A DNA stretch of 47,082 bases from Escherichia phage vB_EcoS_WF5505. Shown in pieces: positions 45,160 through 47,082 of the stretch. Numbering within the stretch: the stretch's first letter is position 1; each line of letters opens with the position of its first letter. The stretch lies in the sequence record NC_073060.1. One strand, written 5' to 3'. Below the pieces are notes generated by a model. That model saw only the letters and a program-made list of their open reading frames with translations, did no database searches and was not told where the DNA came from. A program made the position numbers and the translations under genes.

Positions 45160-45330
45160 ATGAAATTTCCAGTAACCATCAAAGACGGTAAATCAACTAT
45201 CACCTTCACCAGCAACGACCAGGGCACCTATGAAAGCGGGGCGACTTGCATGTCTACCCTGGACGATGTGATGATTCGTGTTAATTCCGGTAAAGCCTCG
45301 ATTGTTGACGACAACACTAAGAAGGACTGA
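45160..45330 (+). CDS. Duplicate of 104-274 (small early protein)
   Basis: Inside right repeat, identical sequence. Confidence 0.5.
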   Translation: MKFPVTIKDGKSTITFTSNDQGTYESGATCMSTLDDVMIRVNSGKASIVDDNTKKD

Positions 45331-45333
45331 ACA

Positions 45334-45639
45334 ATGAGAGCATTAATCTGGAAATACTCACGGGCCATAGCGAAGCTGGACGAAGCGAAAAACACAAACG
45401 GCAACGTAGACTATGCGCGCCAGTTTGCGGCACGGGCACACCAACACATCATGAGTGCGCTCGACGATATGGACGCCAGCATGGATGACCTGGGTCCGCT
45501 GCGTAAGGCTATCCATGAATACGCGCTGGCATTCTCCCGTGAGCGCCTGGCCTATCGCTTCGGTATTGGCGATAAGGCAGTGACAAACGTTGCCCGGATT
45601 AAAGCCCAGCGTGAGCTATTCGCCCAGCTTGCGAAATAA
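45334..45639 (+). CDS. Duplicate of 278-583
   Basis: Identical translation in ORF track. Confidence 0.6.
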   Translation: MRALIWKYSRAIAKLDEAKNTNGNVDYARQFAARAHQHIMSALDDMDASMDDLGPLRKAIHEYALAFSRERLAYRFGIGDKAVTNVARIKAQRELFAQLAK

Positions 45640-45648
45640 GAGGCCAAA

Positions 45649-45918
45649 ATGACCCGTAGACGCGCAAAACAGCTTTCGTGGCATATCCCCCTGCATTGCA
45701 TACGAATATGGGCTAAGAATGCGAATGAGGGCGATTCAGTGTTCTGGTGCTATCGCGACGACGTTAAGCCGTTGACGCAGACTCGCTACTTGCACCAGTT
45801 CGCAGCACAACACGATTTCAGGGTGCGGACTTCCTTGCAACCAATGGGGATCCGTATTACATTACGCCGGAAGCCCGCCGTTGAGCGGGTAGGCAAACAC
45901 TGGAGACTGAGCAAATGA
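45649..45918 (+). CDS. Duplicate of 593-862
   Basis: Identical translation in ORF track. Confidence 0.55.
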   Translation: MTRRRAKQLSWHIPLHCIRIWAKNANEGDSVFWCYRDDVKPLTQTRYLHQFAAQHDFRVRTSLQPMGIRITLRRKPAVERVGKHWRLSK

Positions 45919-46259
45919 TTCGAGTAACCGCACGCCACGAACAATCGGGGGCCACTTACGATGTAATCGACGTTCGCGGCGCGTTCGTCATCTTCGGACG
46001 GGGTGACGACCGGCTGGCGCTGCCGATCGGTATGCTGAGCACATACGACTATTTCAAGCATAACGTCCGGTGTGGCGATGTGCTGCGCGATAAGCGCACC
46101 GGTGAGCTATGGACGGTGGCGAGTATTTGGGTGAAAGATAAACGGCAGCACACGTTATTGCTCGCCCGCCCGGATTGCAAACAGCAAACTATTAACACTA
46201 TTGGCCTGGTGGACTACACCCGCGTAGGCCGTAACGCTACCTGGAGACTGAGAAAATGA
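45915..46259 (+). CDS. Duplicate of 859-1203 (paralogue A)
   Basis: Identical translation in ORF track. Confidence 0.6.
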   Translation: MIRVTARHEQSGATYDVIDVRGAFVIFGRGDDRLALPIGMLSTYDYFKHNVRCGDVLRDKRTGELWTVASIWVKDKRQHTLLLARPDCKQQTINTIGLVDYTRVGRNATWRLRK

Positions 46260-46888
46260 AATTACTATTCCGCCGTAACTCAGATGGCTATATCCTGAAG
46301 CCGATCCAGACCCTATCGAACTGGGTACGCCTCCACCACGTTGCGAGTGATAAAGTCTGGTGGGCGACTAAGGCAAAGCTGCCGGAGTACTACGAAATCC
46401 TCACACACGATATCGAGCGCGGCGATGTGCTGCGGGATATTCGCGACGGGCAATTGTGGGTCGTGGAATACGTGGGTCGGCACGGCCTGCGTATGACGTC
46501 CCGCAAGGATGGCGTAGCGGGCAACATGGTCAAGGGCATGACTTACTTCGGGCTACTCCACTACGAACGAGTGGGCCGCAAGTACAGCCTGCGTGCGCGC
46601 CAGCCTCATGAGCGAGCGAACGCCATAGCGGACGTCGTTAACCGCGTAGCGCGGGAGGTGGAGCAGAAGACACGCGTTGAGTTCTGCAAGTCCCAGCCAG
46701 CCTATGCAACCTACGACGCGAGCAAAGCGCAGGAATTGATCCGCAGTGCCACGCATGAAATCATCAATCACGTTGATGCCATGACGAACGCCAAGCGCCA
46801 GGCCAGCGAATACGGCGTAGGATTCATCCGTGTCGAACAAGACGGCAACATGACCGCCATCGACCCGCGCACGGTAATACTGAAATGA
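46256..46888 (+). CDS. Duplicate of 1200-1832 (paralogue B)
   Basis: Identical translation in ORF track. Confidence 0.6.
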   Translation: MKLLFRRNSDGYILKPIQTLSNWVRLHHVASDKVWWATKAKLPEYYEILTHDIERGDVLRDIRDGQLWVVEYVGRHGLRMTSRKDGVAGNMVKGMTYFGLLHYERVGRKYSLRARQPHERANAIADVVNRVAREVEQKTRVEFCKSQPAYATYDASKAQELIRSATHEIINHVDAMTNAKRQASEYGVGFIRVEQDGNMTAIDPRTVILK

Positions 46889-47009
46889 GCGCAACTATCC
46901 GTGATATGCTTATGCATAACCGCTTTGAGATAGGCGGGAGAGTGTTCTGCAATTACTTCGTGGCGCGTGCTTGGGCGCGCCATATCGGAAAACCAGTAGG
47001 GGCAATACG

Positions 47010-47082
47010 ATGCTACACGATTTGATATTTTGGTTTGGTTTGGGGTGTGCGTCACTCTTTGCTATAGTGCTGGCGCTGTTGA
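47010..47082 (+). CDS. 5' fragment of duplicate of 1954-2241, truncated by window end
   Basis: Same sequence as 1954-2026; the window (and the repeat) ends inside the gene. Confidence 0.4.
   Translation, partial: MLHDLIFWFGLGCASLFAIVLALL

Larger units (their letters stand above)
45057..47082. repeat. Right copy of exact 2,026-bp direct terminal repeat
   Basis: Identical to 1-2026; duplicates the first five early genes and the 5' part of the membrane-protein gene. Confidence 0.95.

Noticed and set aside
1-47082. Temperate lifestyle / prophage (integrase, repressor, attachment site)
   Set aside because: No tyrosine or serine recombinase-like ORF, no CI/Cro-like pair and no flanking host genes were seen; the window looks like a free virulent phage genome.

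Overview
The window is a complete tailed-phage genome of 45,056 bp (siphovirus type, lambda-like tail-tip module), presented with an exact 2,026-bp direct repeat at both ends (1-2026 = 45057-47082). No integrase, repressor, tRNA, rRNA or CRISPR array was seen, so it is probably virulent. All calls are from reading the sequence and the ORF track by eye; no searches were run, and hand-derived coordinates may be off by 1-2 nt.

Layout, left to right:
- 104-2241 (+): small early genes, including two tandem paralogues.
- 2294-3488 (+): holin pair, lysozyme-type endolysin and a small ORF.
- 3886-5028 (+): HTH + calcineurin-like metallophosphoesterase.
- 5355-9909 (+): TerS, TerL, portal, head morphogenesis protein.
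- 9902-10343 (+): overlapping i-/o-spanin pair, separated from the holin/endolysin.
- 10362-11696 (-): two-gene island inside the head module.
- 11846-17317 (+): scaffold, major capsid, connector proteins, major tail protein, G/GT chaperone with -1 frameshift.
- 17711-26565 (+): tape measure, then M-, L-, K-, I- and J-like tail-tip proteins.
- 26593-27782 (-): lipoprotein + putative receptor-binding protein; 27864-29390 (+): tail fibre.
- 29417-41805 (-): replication/nucleotide module (HAD phosphatase, Dam MTase, C5-MTase-like, helicase, VRR-NUC, family-A DNA polymerase, SSB-like, RecB/Cas4-like nuclease).
- 42073-44677 (+): HTH regulator and primase-helicase.

Most notable observations:
1. 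A truncated beta sliding-clamp (DnaN) homologue with an unknown partner, encoded on the minus strand inside the head module.
2. Two homologous non-coding GCGGGACA iteron/palindrome elements (17320-17645 and 44770-44945).
3. A 9-10-bp motif TGCAACCAA(T) recurring at 16 or more sites, found almost only in intergenic regions, including a perfect 22-bp palindrome.
4. An HTH-metallophosphoesterase fusion just upstream of the packaging genes.
5. Alternating acidic/basic tandem repeats in two replication-module proteins.
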